DNA of 64,000 nt from Chiloscyllium plagiosum (GCF_004010195.1 NC_057718.1:55212196-55276195); one strand, 5' to 3'. Shown: positions 39,523-52,610, counted from the stretch's first letter. Notes: generated by a model from the sequence alone, not told the origin. Translations and numbers: made by a program.

Positions 39523-39884
39523 GCATGACACATAGGCAGGAGAGAAACTAAGAATGTAGGCAGCACACCCACAGTAAAAATATCACAGTATTTTATGTGG
39601 AGTTAGCCATTCGGTTTTCTTGAGTTTGCTTCCCTCATGCTAGTGCTAATAATCATGCAATACCAGTACCGAAGCTGGTGACCACTTAATGGTAACAAAT
39701 ATTCAACTGATAGCAAAGGAACAAATGGAAATGCCATCTTAATGGTTTTAAACAATTATCTGCCAACACCAGAACTTGGAAGCTGTCTTTCTTAAAAAGA
39801 AAAGTGGCAGTTTTGAGTCAAATATTTGTATTATTGCTAGTTGTAATGCCCACTGTTGGGTTTGAAAGTATGCAGTACTAATAT

Positions 39885-40345
39885 TTAAAACAAAAACAAA
39901 GTGCTGGCAAAACTCAGCAGGTCTGGCCACATCTTTAGGGAGAAAAAAGTTAACGTTTCAAGTCTGGTGTCTTTTCATCAGAACTGATAACAGCTAGGAA
40001 AAAGTGGTATTTATTCTGAAGAAGTAGTTGATGGGGAGTTGAGCAGATAAGTGGAGATGGAACTCTGAGATAGAGAGAGAGAGAGAGAGAGAAGTAAGGA
40101 CTAGGCAGATGAGATTATGGCCAGGACAGAAAAGAAACTAAGTAAGTGGTCATGAGAGCTAAGACTAGGAGAGAATAGGTAGACTGTGCTGAAAGCATAA
40201 TTTCTGGATGCTATCAGTTCTGATGAAGAGTCACTGGACTTAAAACATTAACTCAACTGTATCCCCACTGATGCTGCCAGACCTACTGAGTTTTGCAAGC
40301 AATTTCTGTTTTGTTTCAGATCTCCAGCATCTGCAGTCCTTTTGT
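39885..40345. mobile_element. Penelope-like inverted structure (family P3)
   Basis: tgctggcaaaactcagcaggtctggc...tcatcagaactgata opposed by tatcagttctgatgaagag...gccagacctactgagttttgc; each arm has a CTGATGA core. Confidence 0.7.
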
Positions 40346-40574
40346 TTTGTTTTATATCAGTATTTTTTTCCAGTATTCTTAGTTAAACCTCAGTGAAGTA
40401 TTCCAGAGCTGGTTTCTGTCTCTACTGCACAGCTTGATACTGACCATGTGGAAGGAATTAAACATCCACACAACTCTTGCATCATATTTGGAATAGATGT
40501 TCTGGAGATGTCAGCAGATGTTTCTGGTAAGATGTATCATGCAATGTAAAAAAGTGTGGTCAGTAACTTGTATC

Positions 40575-40902
40575 AGAATCGTAGAGTCCTTACAGTGCAG
40601 ATAGAAGCAGTTTGGCCTATTCAGTCTGCACAGACCCTCTAAAAGAGCATCCCACCCAGACCATGACCCCCCACCCTTACCCTGTAACCCTACAGGCTAA
40701 CCACTGAACATTACGGGTCAATTCAGCATGGCCAATCCACCTAATCTGCAGATCCTCGGATGGTGGGAGGAAATTGGAACATCCAGAGGAAATCCACGCT
40801 GACACAGGGAGAACATGCAGGCAATCGCCTGAGGCTACAGTTGAACCCGGGTCCCTGGCACTGTGAGGCAGCAGTGATAACCACTGAGCCACCATACCAC
40901 CT
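40575..40902 (-). mobile_element. HE1-type V-SINE (older variant)
   Basis: gaacccgggtccctggcactgtgaggcagcagtg...accactgagccacc head; diverged V-domain. Confidence 0.85.
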
Positions 40903-41649
40903 GTGAAATTGGTAATAAAAATAGAGCTGGAGAAACTCAACAAATCTGTAAGTATCTGTGGACAGAGAAATAGGGTTAACATTTTAGTTTCATTATGGCT
41001 GTTCAGAACATAAGATTTTAAGATTTCCAGCATCCAACTAATAGTAAAGTTCCTTGATATTCTATATGGCTGGTTTGATATCCTTATAAAACGTTTATTG
41101 CTATAAAACCAAAGCAAACCAAACTAGAGAGAATCTGATATTGGAGAACTGGCCACTTCCCTTTCATTGTACTAGTTTTTTTTAAACTGGAAAGCCTTTT
41201 GCGAACAGATTATATCTGTTAGCTATAATCAAATTGACCCTAAAACTCATCCAAACCAGATATATTGGAATATCTGTATTTACAATCCCTCTCAAAAAAA
41301 TCAAGGGCATCATAATCTTGTCAAAGGAGCAGCATCATTATATTACAGAGTTAAATATAGTGAATGCAAATACATGTTTTAATGCGGGAACAAAGTTCCT
41401 TGTAAGTGCAATTATTTGTTGTGCAGTATTCAGCATTCATAACTAGGAAAGCAAAATCGTTCTTAAACTGCAACTGAATGTAACCTCCCAGGTTTAGCTT
41501 TTTTTAATCTGATTAAATCCTAGTGGTAAGAACATCCCTAAATTTGATAGGGTCCTTATTCCACCGTACTTTGTAGTTCTATCAAAGTTGACATTGTTTT
41601 GCTTATTATGCAGATTGTGAATTCCTGTTGTTATTTTCTGGAACAGGAA

Positions 41650-44410
41650 GGAGGTCCTCGAAAGTAAAAGGAGGTCCTCGAGAGTAATAATATCTGGATT
41701 ACTACCGGTGCTATGAGCTAGTGAGGGCAGGAATAGGAGGATAGAGCAGATGAATACATGGCTGAGGAGCTGGTGTATGGGAGAAGGATTCACATTTTTG
41801 GATTATTGGAATCTCTTTTGGGGTAGAAGTGACCTGTAGAAGAAGGATGGATTGCACCTGAATTGGAAGGGCACTAATATACTGGCAGGGAGATTTGCTA
41901 GAGCTGCTCAGGAGGATTTAAACGAGTAAGTTGGAGTGGGACCCAGGGAGGTAGTGAGGAAAGAAATCAATCTGAGACTGGTACAGTTGAGAAAGGAAGC
42001 GAGTTAAACAGTCAGGGCAGGCAGGGACAAGGTAGAGAACAAGGTAGGACTGATAAATTTAACAGGGAAGGCAGATGAACTCAGGGCACAGTTAGCAACA
42101 TGGGACTGGGATATCATAGCAATTTCAGAAACATGGCTCAGGGATGGACAGGACTGGCAGCTTAATCTTCCAGGATACAAGTGCTACACAAAGGATAGAA
42201 AAGGAGGCAAGAGAGGGGGGGGATGGGGGTGGTGTTTTTGATAAGGGATAGCATTGCAGCTGGGGAATACATCCAGGGAAGTTATTTGGGTGGAACTGAG
42301 AAATAAGAAAGGGATGACCACCTTATTGAGATTGTATTATAGACCCCCTAAGAGTCAGAGGGAAATTGAGAAATAAACTTGTAAGGAGATCTCAGCTATC
42401 TGTAAGAATCATAGGGTGGTTATGGTAGGGGGTTTTAACTTTCCAAACATAGACTGGGACTGCCATAGTATTAAGGGTTTTGATGGAGAGTATTTGTTAA
42501 GTGTGTACAAGACACTTTTCTGATTCAATATGTGGATGTACCTACGAGAGAAGGTGCAAAACTTGACCTACTCTTGGGAAATAAGGCAGGGCAGGTGATT
42601 GAGGTGTCAGTGGGGGAGCACTTTGGGGCCAGCGACCATAATTCTATTCGTTTTAAAATAGTGATGGAAAAGGATAGACCAGATCTAAAAGTTGAAGTTC
42701 TAAATTGGAGAAAGGCCAATTTTGACGGTATGAGGCAAGAAAGTATATTCCTGTTAGGGTGAAATGAAAGGCTGGTAGGTGTAAGGAATGCCGGATGACA
42801 AGAGAAATTGAGGGTTTGCTTAAGAAAAAGAAGGAAGCATATGTCAGGTATAGACAGGATAGATCCAGTGAATTCTTAGAGTATAAAGGCAGTAGGAATA
42901 TACTTAAGTGGCAAATCAGGAGGGCAAAAAGGGGACATGAGATAGCTTTGGCAAATAGAATTAAGGAGAATCCAAAGGGTTTTAAAAATACATTAAGGAC
43001 AAAAGGGTGACTAGGGCCCCTGAAAGATCAGCTGTGTGGAGCTGCAGAAAATGGGGGAGATACTAAACGAGTATTTTGCATTAGTATTTACTGTGGAAAA
43101 GGACATGGAAGATATAGAATGTAGGGAAATAGATGGTGACATCTTGAAAAATGTCCATATTTCAGAGGAGGAAGTGCTGGATATCTTGAAATGCATAAAA
43201 GTGGATGAATCCCCAGGACCTGATCAGGTGTATCCTAGAACTCTGTGGGAAGCTGGGGAAGTGATTGCTGGGCCTCTTGCTGAGATATTTGTATCATTGA
43301 TAGTCAGAGAAGAGGTGCTAGAAGGCTGGAGATTGGCTAACGTGGTGCCACTGTTTAAGAAAGATGGGAAGGGAGTGTTGCTGAACAAACAGATTGTGGA
43401 GTGCAGGTTCATAGCTCCTTGAAAGTGGAGTCGCAGGTAGATAGGATAGTGAAGAAGGCGTTTGGTATGCTTTCCTTTATTGGTCAGAGTATTGAGTACA
43501 GGAGTAGGGAGGTTATGTTGCGGCTGTACAGGAAATTGGTTAGGCCACTACTGGAATACTCTGTGCAACTCTGGTATCCCTTCTCTTGGGAGTATGTTGT
43601 GAAACTTGAAAGGATTCAGAAAAGATTTACAAGGATGTTGCCATGGTTAGAGGATTTGAGCTATAGGGGGAGGCTGAACAGGCTGGGGCATTTTTCCCTG
43701 GAGCGTCAGAAGTTGAGGGGTGACCTTATAGAGGTTTATAAAATTATAAGGGGCATGGATAGGATACATAGACAATGTCTCCCTGGGGTGGGGGAGTCCA
43801 GAACTAGAGGTCGTATGTTTAGGGTGAGAGGATGAGTGGGCGGCACGGTGGCACAGTGGTTAGCACTGCTGCCTCACAGCGCCAGAGACGGGGTTCAATT
43901 CCCGACTCAGGCGACTGACTGTGTGGAGTTTGCACATTCTCCCCGTGTCTGCGTAGGTTTCCTCCGGGTGCTCTGGTTTCCTCCCACAGTCCAAAGATGT
44001 GCGGGGCAGGTGAATTGGCCATGCTAAATTGCCCGTAGTGTTAGGTTAAAGGGGTATGGGTGGGTTGCGCTTCGGCGGATCGGCGTGGACTTGTTGGGCC
44101 GAAGGGCCTGTTTCCACACTGTAAGTAATCTAATCTAATCTAATCTATATAAATGAGACCTACGGGGCAACCTTTTCATGCAGAGGGTGGTACATGTATG
44201 GAATGAACTGCCAGAGGGAGTGGTGGAGGCTAGTATAATTGCAACATTTAAAAGGCATCTGGATGGGTATATGAATAGGAAGGGTTTGGAGGGATATGGG
44301 CTGGGTGCTGGCAGGTGGGACTAGATTGGGTTGGGATATCTGGTCAGCATGGACGGGTTAGACTGAAGGGTCCGTTTCCGTGCTGTACATCTCTATGAAT
44401 CTATGACTGT
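41650..44410 (+). mobile_element. Long, internally deleted CR1/HER1 LINE (ORF1 end, endonuclease, ORF2 C-terminus, tail)
   Basis: ORF1 esterase-like 41680-41920; APE motifs IAISETW, YYRPP, PTREGAKLDLLL..HFGASDHNSI; SPGPDQVYPR..WRLANVVPLFKK; then jumps to the C-terminus at ~43370, so the RT core is deleted. Confidence 0.92.
43838..44147 (+). mobile_element. HE1-type V-SINE inserted in HER1
   Basis: Near-consensus, CpG-retaining, (taatc)n tail. Confidence 0.95.
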
Positions 44411-44802
44411 ATGATATAAAGGTTTAATGAACACCAAATTTGTATTTCACTTATTTTTATTTAGTTAATTTCACTTTATTGAATAGGTGAAAATTTTCTC
44501 AAGTGATTACAATGATCCAAGCCCCGAATACAAGGGTTTTGCTAATATAACTGCATTATCAAATGGTCTGAATTTAGTCATCATATACCATTATTTACAA
44601 AATGGTATCGTGATATACCATTTTGTTGATGGTTTGAAAACTAGCAATGGCTATCAATGAATGTGCTGAGACAATAGCACATATGAAACATGTGGATGAA
44701 TGAAAGCAGTTCGCTCCAGGCCAATGAATCCACTGCAAAGATTTAATCAAAGTACTCTTAAGTAATACTGAAACAAGATTACACATCGCTGTCATCAATG
44801 TA

Positions 44803-45349
44803 CAGAGGAATCTCGATTATCCGAATATCAAATTATCTGAAGGAGGTCTCGAGGTCCCGATAGAAATATTACATCAAAGAGGTGTTTCCAAAACTGATCA
44901 TACCTTTTGTTTACAATGATTAAAAACGAACTTGGCTTACTGAAATGCTGCCGAGAACAGCCCTGGACATCGATGGGAGCCCAGGCACCATCTCCAAATG
45001 ACTGACCTCCCGCCCTCTCTCTCTCCCCGCACTTTCCCTGGAGTTCTATACAGGGGTGTACCCTGAACCCTATTTTCCCAGATACTCTCTCTAACATTGT
45101 CCTGTACAGGGCAAATGTGGAACTTGGCAAAAAGTTGCAGTAAAAAGTTGTGTCTGCGTGTGTGCTATTTGGAGACTCACTTGAGATTTGGCAAAGGCAG
45201 TAGCAGTCTTACTGTTGGTGTCCAATCTGGCTCTCCTGGGGGTGGGCAGTGCAGTCGGGTTGGACGGGGAGCGAAGGCACGGACGGATGGGGGGAGCGGA
45301 ATATGGACTCGGGCGGGGTTGGACAGGGTTGGGGGGCAGACGGTGGAGG
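44803..45349. mobile_element. Second, inverted copy of the Tigger/pogo-like element, running into the gap
   Basis: ta|cagaggaatctcgattatccg; interior is the reverse complement of 37700-38246. Confidence 0.8.
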
Positions 45350-46190
45350 NNNNNNNNNNNNNNNNNNNNNNNNNNNNNNNNNNNNNNNNNNNNNNNNNNN
45401 NNNNNNNNNNNNNNNNNNNNNNNNNNNNNNNNNNNNNNNNNNNNNNNNNNNNNNNNNNNNNNNNNNNNNNNNNNNNNNNNNNNNNNNNNNNNNNNNNNNN
45501 NNNNNNNNNNNNNNNNNNNNNNNNNNNNNNNNNNNNNNNNNNNNNNNNNNNNNNNNNNNNNNNNNNNNNNNNNNNNNNNNNNNNNNNNNNNNNNNNNNNN
45601 NNNNNNNNNNNNNNNNNNNNNNNNNNNNNNNNNNNNNNNNNNNNNNNNNNNNNNNNNNNNNNNNNNNNNNNNNNNNNNNNNNNNNNNNNNNNNNNNNNNN
45701 NNNNNNNNNNNNNNNNNNNNNNNNNNNNNNNNNNNNNNNNNNNNNNNNNNNNNNNNNNNNNNNNNNNNNNNNNNNNNNNNNNNNNNNNNNNNNNNNNNNN
45801 NNNNNNNNNNNNNNNNNNNNNNNNNNNNNNNNNNNNNNNNNNNNNNNNNNNNNNNNNNNNNNNNNNNNNNNNNNNNNNNNNNNNNNNNNNNNNNNNNNNN
45901 NNNNNNNNNNNNNNNNNNNNNNNNNNNNNNNNNNNNNNNNNNNNNNNNNNNNNNNNNNNNNNNNNNNNNNNNNNNNNNNNNNNNNNNNNNNNNNNNNNNN
46001 NNNNNNNNNNNNNNNNNNNNNNNNNNNNNNNNNNNNNNNNNNNNNNNNNNNNNNNNNNNNNNNNNNNNNNNNNNNNNNNNNNNNNNNNNNNNNNNNNNNN
46101 NNNNNNNNNNNNNNNNNNNNNNNNNNNNNNNNNNNNNNNNNNNNNNNNNNNNNNNNNNNNNNNNNNNNNNNNNNNNNNNNNNNNNNNNNN
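45350..46190. other. Assembly gap (841 N)
   Basis: Run of n. Confidence 0.99.
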
Positions 46191-46235
46191 TGTGCATGTG
46201 GGTCTTTGTCTGTCTATATGTATCTGTCTGTCTGG

Positions 46236-46273
<38 letters not shown>

Positions 46274-46459
46274 TGAGTGCAGAGTGTCTTAAGTCTGTGA
46301 GGGGGTGAGTGTGGGAGTGTGTGTCTGTAAGGGTGTGTATGGGTGTCTGTATGCGTGTATGTGTGTATAGGAGTGCCTGTGTGTGTGTAGAAGTACCTTT
46401 GTGTGTGTGTATAGTGCAACGGTGGTCACTTATGACACTCTGCACTCACTATACACGCG

Positions 46460-46498
<39 letters not shown>

Positions 46499-47100
46499 TT
46501 TCTCACACTCCCAACCCCCAACCCAGACAGACAGACACACACACACAGACAAAGACCCACATGCACACATATATTTTGTGGGGTGAATTTGTACTTGCAG
46601 GGTTACATTGAAATTTGCTCAAAAACTGCATGCATTCATGTAGAACTCTGAGCTCAAAAATTGCAAGAATTTATGTAAAACTTCATTATTTCACTTTTTA
46701 GATTAGAATCAATCTAAATATCATGGCATAGACAGAGAACACAGGGGGCCAACACCTTCAACATATTGTCTAGCTATCACCATTGTTAACAGCTAACCCG
46801 AGAATGCTACTTTTTAAAAAAAGATTTTGTGATTTACACATGAAAGAAGTGAAACTATCACTGTATTCTAACAGATGAAAGGCTTAACAGACAATTTTTC
46901 AATGTATAGTTTCAGTTACATCACACTGTAAATTTTTGCTGTAAATTCTGTGTGTTAGGATTGTGCCCTCCACTACCACCTGATGAAGGAGCATCGCTCC
47001 AAAAGCTAGTGTGCTTCCAATTAAACCTGTTGGACTATAACCTGGTGTTGTGTGATTTTTAACTTTGTATACCCCAGTCCAACACCGACATCTCCAAATC
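46191..47100. mobile_element. Penelope-like element (P2): inverted GT/CA-rich UTR arms plus full terminus
   Basis: 46191-46415 is the reverse complement of 46445-46570; 46570-47100 matches 20052-20500 in reverse. Confidence 0.85.
46976..47011 (+). ncRNA. Hammerhead-like motif (P2) with GAAA mutated
   Basis: cacCTGATGAaggagc-atc-gctcc-aAAAgCTAgtg: perfect stem II, G>A change in the core. Confidence 0.5.
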
Positions 47101-48019
47101 AAAATTAAGATAGATACGCCTTGGCTATTTCTGTGAATGGATTAAAAATTTCTGTAATAATGTCTAAATCCATAATTTTGTCAAAAAGCAGGTGACTGCA
47201 GACCCCTGTGGTGTTAATGGAAAGATGTTTAGACTGCTGTGTTTTTGTAAGGTAGGGTAAGGTCTCGCCATTAACTTTGTTTTCAATTCAGAAGAATCTA
47301 GGATTAAGCAAGTTTTGAATTGAGTTCAGAAAGCACCATTGTTGGGTGGGAAGTAACTTTAGTTTCTCTCATAGAGGAGTTCAGGGGTATGAAGGGTTTA
47401 GTTTGTAAAACTTCCAAACCAGGAGAATTTGGATAGAAATTTGCAGGTTATTAGAACTGAGAAAGTTTAGGTTCCCAGATAGTAGAAAAGTTCATGTCAG
47501 CAGAATTGGAAAGGACTTGAAAAAATTGTCTTCATAATTCACAACAAAGACACTGTTCAGAATCAGTAAGTAGAATCATGAAGGGTTAAAATAATGTGCA
47601 GTTCATTTGAACTTAAATTTCTATATGGGAAACAGAACAAAATTTTGTTTTGCTATGTGTCTTAGATTTTTCTAACTGCTTCCTATATTTAAATAACTTC
47701 CATTTAAAAAAAACAAATATTGTGTATAATTAATGACAAACAGAAGTTTAATAAAATCTGCAGCCTCATTTAAATGTGTTAGCAACTAACTACTATGTTA
47801 ACTGACTATATAAAAGAAAATAATCTGTCGAGCTAGATTTCATTCAGGGATCTGACTTATCCAATTCTACTATCAGCTGGTACCATCCTAACATTATTCA
47901 CAATTAATACATCAGATTGATTGTATATTCTTTAACAGATTGCTCTTTCTGAAGCTTGGAAACAATACCTATTTGTCTCATTTTTAATGTAATAAAACAA
48001 AAGTATTTGACAGCTGTAC

Positions 48020-49300
48020 ATTGAGATATTAAGGCAGTTGGCCAATGGTTTGGTCAATGAGGTATATTTTAAGGGTCACTATAAAGGAAAAAAAAGAGAG
48101 GTGGAGAGATTTAAGGCAGGAATTTCAGAGCTTAGGACATTGACAGCTGAAAATACAACCATCAATCTGTAATACTTTTAGAAAAGAAGATGAAACTGGA
48201 AGAGCATGGCTATCTTGGAGGATGTAGGGCTGGTAAAATTACAGACCGGAGGCATGAGGCTGTGAAGTGTTTTGAGGACAAATGAGAATTTTAACAATGA
48301 ATAATTTCTAATCAGGATCCAATACAGTCATTGCATACAGAATGATTTGTAAATGGATGTCTAAGTGGTTTTGAATAGAGTTTTGGATTACTTCAAGTTT
48401 AGAGAGAGTAAAATGTGGTCCAGGTCATGACAAAGTGCAAACAATGGAAGAAGCATACAGAAACCTGAGTATCTCACTTACCTGTAGCGGATATAGCGTT
48501 GGGCTGTTTAGTCACCTTAGGACCCACAAAACGGGAGTGGAATAAATCCATTTTGTCTTGTAAGGGACTGCCTGAAAAGACAAAGCTAATATAAGCTTAC
48601 GTATGCATAAGTTAATCTTGGAATCAAGTATGACACAAATTGGTTTAGACTCAGATTGTTGTCACAGGAAGGGATGGAGTTCATAGCTAGGGATCAGAGT
48701 TTTTGGTGAGAACTGAAGATCATGGTTACTGTCTTCCTAATACTTAGTTGTTGGAGATTTCTGGGTATCAGACAAACAGTCTGATCAAGAGATAGTGAAG
48801 GGATCAAGAAGTGTGGAGGGTGGAGCTGGATGGTGTTAGTGTACACATGGAAACCAATGTTTTCGGATAATACTGTTGGGGGGAGCATACAGCTCAGAAA
48901 TAGGGGCTAAGGACAGATCATTGGGGGTATACTAAACATCATGCTGAGACACTAAGGAAAACATGCTATTGTGAGTGATTTTCTGACTAAAGGTGAAGAG
49001 ACAGGAATATAAACATGTGAATGCAATTCTACCCATCTGAGAGATGGTGGAGCAGATTTGAAGGAGGACAGAATGGTCAACCATGTAAAACATTGCGAAC
49101 AGGTCATGAAGGATAATGAGGAAAAGTTGACCTTTTCATGGTCACGTGGAATATTATTTATGACTTTGATAAGAACTACTTCAATACTATAACAGGGCAG
49201 AAACCAGATTGGAGGGATTCAAGAGCTATGGGAACAGTGGGCAATGGGTAGAGACAAATGTTCAAGGATTTAATGAGGAAGGGGGGGTTAGGAATGAGAC
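48020..49300 (-). mobile_element. Decayed L2-like LINE
   Basis: Minus-strand remnants of PQ.SVL.P.LF and GFHVY; 3' segment similar to 54480-54900. Confidence 0.55.
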
Positions 49301-49509
49301 AATGTTTTAGCTAGTCTATTTTTATGAACTAACGGAATAGTTAATTACTTCCATTACATTCAAAATCCTTTAGTGATTTCAACATTGAGTTTTGTGGAAC
49401 ACCAACTTAGTGCCAAAAATTCCTGGGTATTTTTTAATATCCCATGTATTTGGAAGGCTGAAGTTGTATAGTTGCCAAGGACCTTGATAGTGGGGAATTC
49501 AACAATTGT

Positions 49510-51010
49510 AATAACCAGTGAATGACAATTGTGATAGTCAGATTATCTCTCATTGGAGATTGTCTCACACCTGTGTGGCACAAATATTATTTGCTATGTC
49601 ATTTCAACACTGACTGTTGTCCAAGTTTAGCTGCAGCTGGACATGGACTACTGCAGTATTTGACAAGTCATGAATGGCTCTGAACATTCTGCAATCGTAA
49701 GAGAAATATTTCCACTTCTGACTTTTATGACAGAGGGAAGGTCGTTGAAGCAATAAAAAATGGCTTGTAATGGACACTAGCCTGAGGAATTCCTGCAGTC
49801 ATGTCCCGGAACTGAGGTGACTGACTTATAACAAGCACAGTGATCTTCTTTTGTGCTAGTTATGGTTCCATTCAGCAGAGGGGTTTCCACATTGTTCCCA
49901 TTTTTCACCAAGATTGTACTGAGGTCATGAGCTGAGTGGGCATGATCCATCAGTGAGCAATTGATTGTTAAGCAAGTGCTGCTTGATAATATCTTGCATC
50001 ACTTTACTGATGATCAAAAGTTAATAGATAGGGTGGCAGTTGGCTGGTTTGGATTTGTTCTGCTTTGTGTGTACAGTTTGTAATTTTGGAGCTCAATGTT
50101 TTTGGCCAGAATATTGTCAGGACCCATAACAGTATACAGAGTCTTTGGTGCCTCTTGATATTATGAAGAGTAAATCAAATCGACTGAAGACTGACATCTA
50201 TAATGCTGGAAACCTTGGGAGGAGGCTGGGATGAATCGTCCACTTGGCATTTATAGCTGAAGATGTTGCAAATGTTTCTGCCTTATGTTTTGCACTGATG
50301 TTTTGGGCTCTTCCATTGTTGAGGATGCTGATATTTGTGGAATTGCTATAAGTTGTTTAATTGCCCACCACCAATCACAACTAGATGTGACTGGGCTGCA
50401 GAGCTGAGATCAGACATGCTGGTTGTGGGATTATTTAATTCCATTTATCAGTTGCTGCCTATTCTGTTTAGGGTGCAATGAATTCTGAGTTGTAGCTTTA
50501 CCAGATTGACACCTCTTCTTTAGGTATGCCTGGTGCTGTCTCTGGCATGCTGTTCTGCGCTCTTGATTTGAACCAGGGTTAATCCCCTGAGCATTGGAAG
50601 AGTAACGGATATGCCAGATGTGAGGTTGCAAATTGTGGTTGAATACAATTGTGTTGTTGCTAATGGTCCATAACACCTTATGTAGTGCACAGTTGCTATA
50701 TCTGTTCGAAACTTATCACACTTAGCGCAGTGATAATGTCGTACAGCATGATGAGGGTATCCCTGATGTGAAGATGGGACTTTGTCTTCACAAGAACTGT
50801 GCAGTGATCATTTGTATGGCTATCATTTCAAACAGTTGCATCTGTGGACTTGATAGTGTGACCTATTAACATGAGACTTACGGGGTCTGGAGTCAATGTT
50901 GAGGACTTTTAGGGCAGTTCCTTCCCTGTTCCACCGTGTCATCACCTCTGTTGGATCTGTGTTTCTCGTGTTGCAGAATATACTCTGGGACATTGCCAAA
51001 TACTGTTCCC
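49510..51010 (-). mobile_element. LINE-X, RT to endonuclease remnant
   Basis: Aligns with 13084-14170 over the RT region; 50890-51010 reads VPEYILQHEKHRSNRGDDTV, like the APE PGY..R.DR..RGGG motif. Confidence 0.75.
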
Positions 51011-51013
51011 AGT

Positions 51014-51510
51014 ATCATAGAGATGTACAGCATAAAAACAGACCCTTCGGTCCAACTCATCCATGCCGACCAGATATCCGAAATTAATCTAGTCCTATTT
51101 GCCAGCATTTGGCCTGTATCCCTCTAACCCTTCATATTCAAGTACCCATATGCTTTTTAAATGTTGTTATTGTACCAGCCTTCACCACTTCCTTTGGCAG
51201 CTCATTCCATACACAGACCATCCTCTATTCATGCCCCTCATGATTTTATAAACTTCTATGAAGTCACCCCTCAACCTCTGATGCGCCAGGGAAAACAGCA
51301 CCAGCCTATTCAGCCTCTCCCTGTAAGTCAAACCCTCCAAGCATGGTAACATGCTTGTAAATCTTTTCTGAATCCTTTCAAGTTTCACAACATACTTCCT
51401 ATAGAAGGGAAACCAGAGTTGCACATAGTATTCCAGTAGTGGCCTAACCAAAGTCCTGTACAGTTGCAACATAACCTCCCAACTCTTATACTCAATGCAC
51501 TGACCAATAC
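51014..51510 (-). mobile_element. CR1/HER1 3' fragment
   Basis: ORF 51182..51472 (LQLYRTLVRPLLEYYVQLW...RLRGDFIEVYKIMRG) plus tail. Confidence 0.9.
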
Positions 51511-51680
51511 TGTTCTGCTGTATGGGTTATGAAGAGTTAATTATAAAACAAAGTACAGTGAGCAAGCCCAGGATGTTGCATAAGTCCATCCCTACTTCAG
51601 TTAAAGAGAAGCCAGTTTCTCAACATCAAATTATTTTAATTATTTCAATCACAGTAGATTAGAACGTAAAAATTCTAATT

Positions 51681-51750
51681 GGAGCTTTTCTAGGTTCCCC
51701 TGAGTCAAAGGCTATGTGGAGCTTTTCTAGGTTGCCCTGAGTCAAAGGCT
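51681..51750. repeat. 37-bp tandem duplication
   Basis: ggagcttttctaggtt(c/g)ccctgagtcaaaggct twice. Confidence 0.9.
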
Positions 51751-51839
51751 TTTGGATTTAACAAAACAAGCCCTTACTAGCTGTGGCAATCAAACAATTA
51801 TCTCAATTATTTTACACAATGGCGAACTTCTATTCCCAC

Positions 51840-52610
51840 ACAACTAACACACACTAGCCATGAGGTTTTGTTTACAAACAACAATAAAGTGGGAACACTC
51901 ATCCTTCGGCAGCTCCTGTAGATTGAAAATATGTTTCTTCCATTCTAGTTCACTTGGTTCTTGGACTGATAAGCCCTTCTTCAGGAAGGGCTTATGCCCG
52001 AAACGTCGATTCTCCTGTTCCTTGGGTGCTGCCTGACCTGTTGCGCTTTTCCAGTAACACATTTTCAGCTCTGATCTCCAGCATCTGCAGTCCTCACTTT
52101 CTCCTCTTGGACTGATAAGTCCAGTGTACAACCTGCCACATGCTGGGTAGGCAGTGTTAGAAGGGTTGGGTAGATCATTCATTTAGAAGTTTGTGCACTC
52201 ACTCCAAGGCCTGGACTTCAACTCAGAGTGTTCCTGACAAAGTCTGTCAATGTGTCTGATGCATTCCTGAGTGAAGCTTTTCCATTTTAGTTGGTCACAA
52301 GGCTGAAAGTCCCCTGCATTGTCAGGGGTATTTGCCTTCCTAGAAATTTTCCACAGTGACCAAAGTCTGGGTGGAACAGATGCTTCTGTCATGTGGTGTC
52401 AGGCATATGAAAGACATGTGGAGCTTGTTTAGTGTGTTTAGCATCTCAATGCTGGCTTGGTAGAGCATTCTGCTATTGGATCACCTTTCTTGCCACCACA
52501 TTTACAGGATCATGCAAAGGCACTGTTGGTAGATCTCCAATGCTTTAAGCTGTAGTTTGTCTGTTTTTCTGAAACATATAGGGAGCTCAGAGACCACGAT
52601 TATCCAGTAA
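51840..52610 (-). mobile_element. Decayed RTE-clade LINE 3' part
   Basis: Minus ORF ...QLKALEIYQQCLCMIL resembles RTE ORF2 C-terminal LK.LE.YHQRCLR.IL. Confidence 0.5.
51974..52104 (+). mobile_element. Penelope-like P1 fragment with small fold-back
   Basis: Near-identical to the 16801 arms; exact 15-bp repeat tcttggactgataag at 51959-51973 and 52105-52119. Confidence 0.85.

Noticed and set aside
45091..46445. Five 350-440 aa ORFs
   Set aside because: Artefacts of reading through the N gap and microsatellites.
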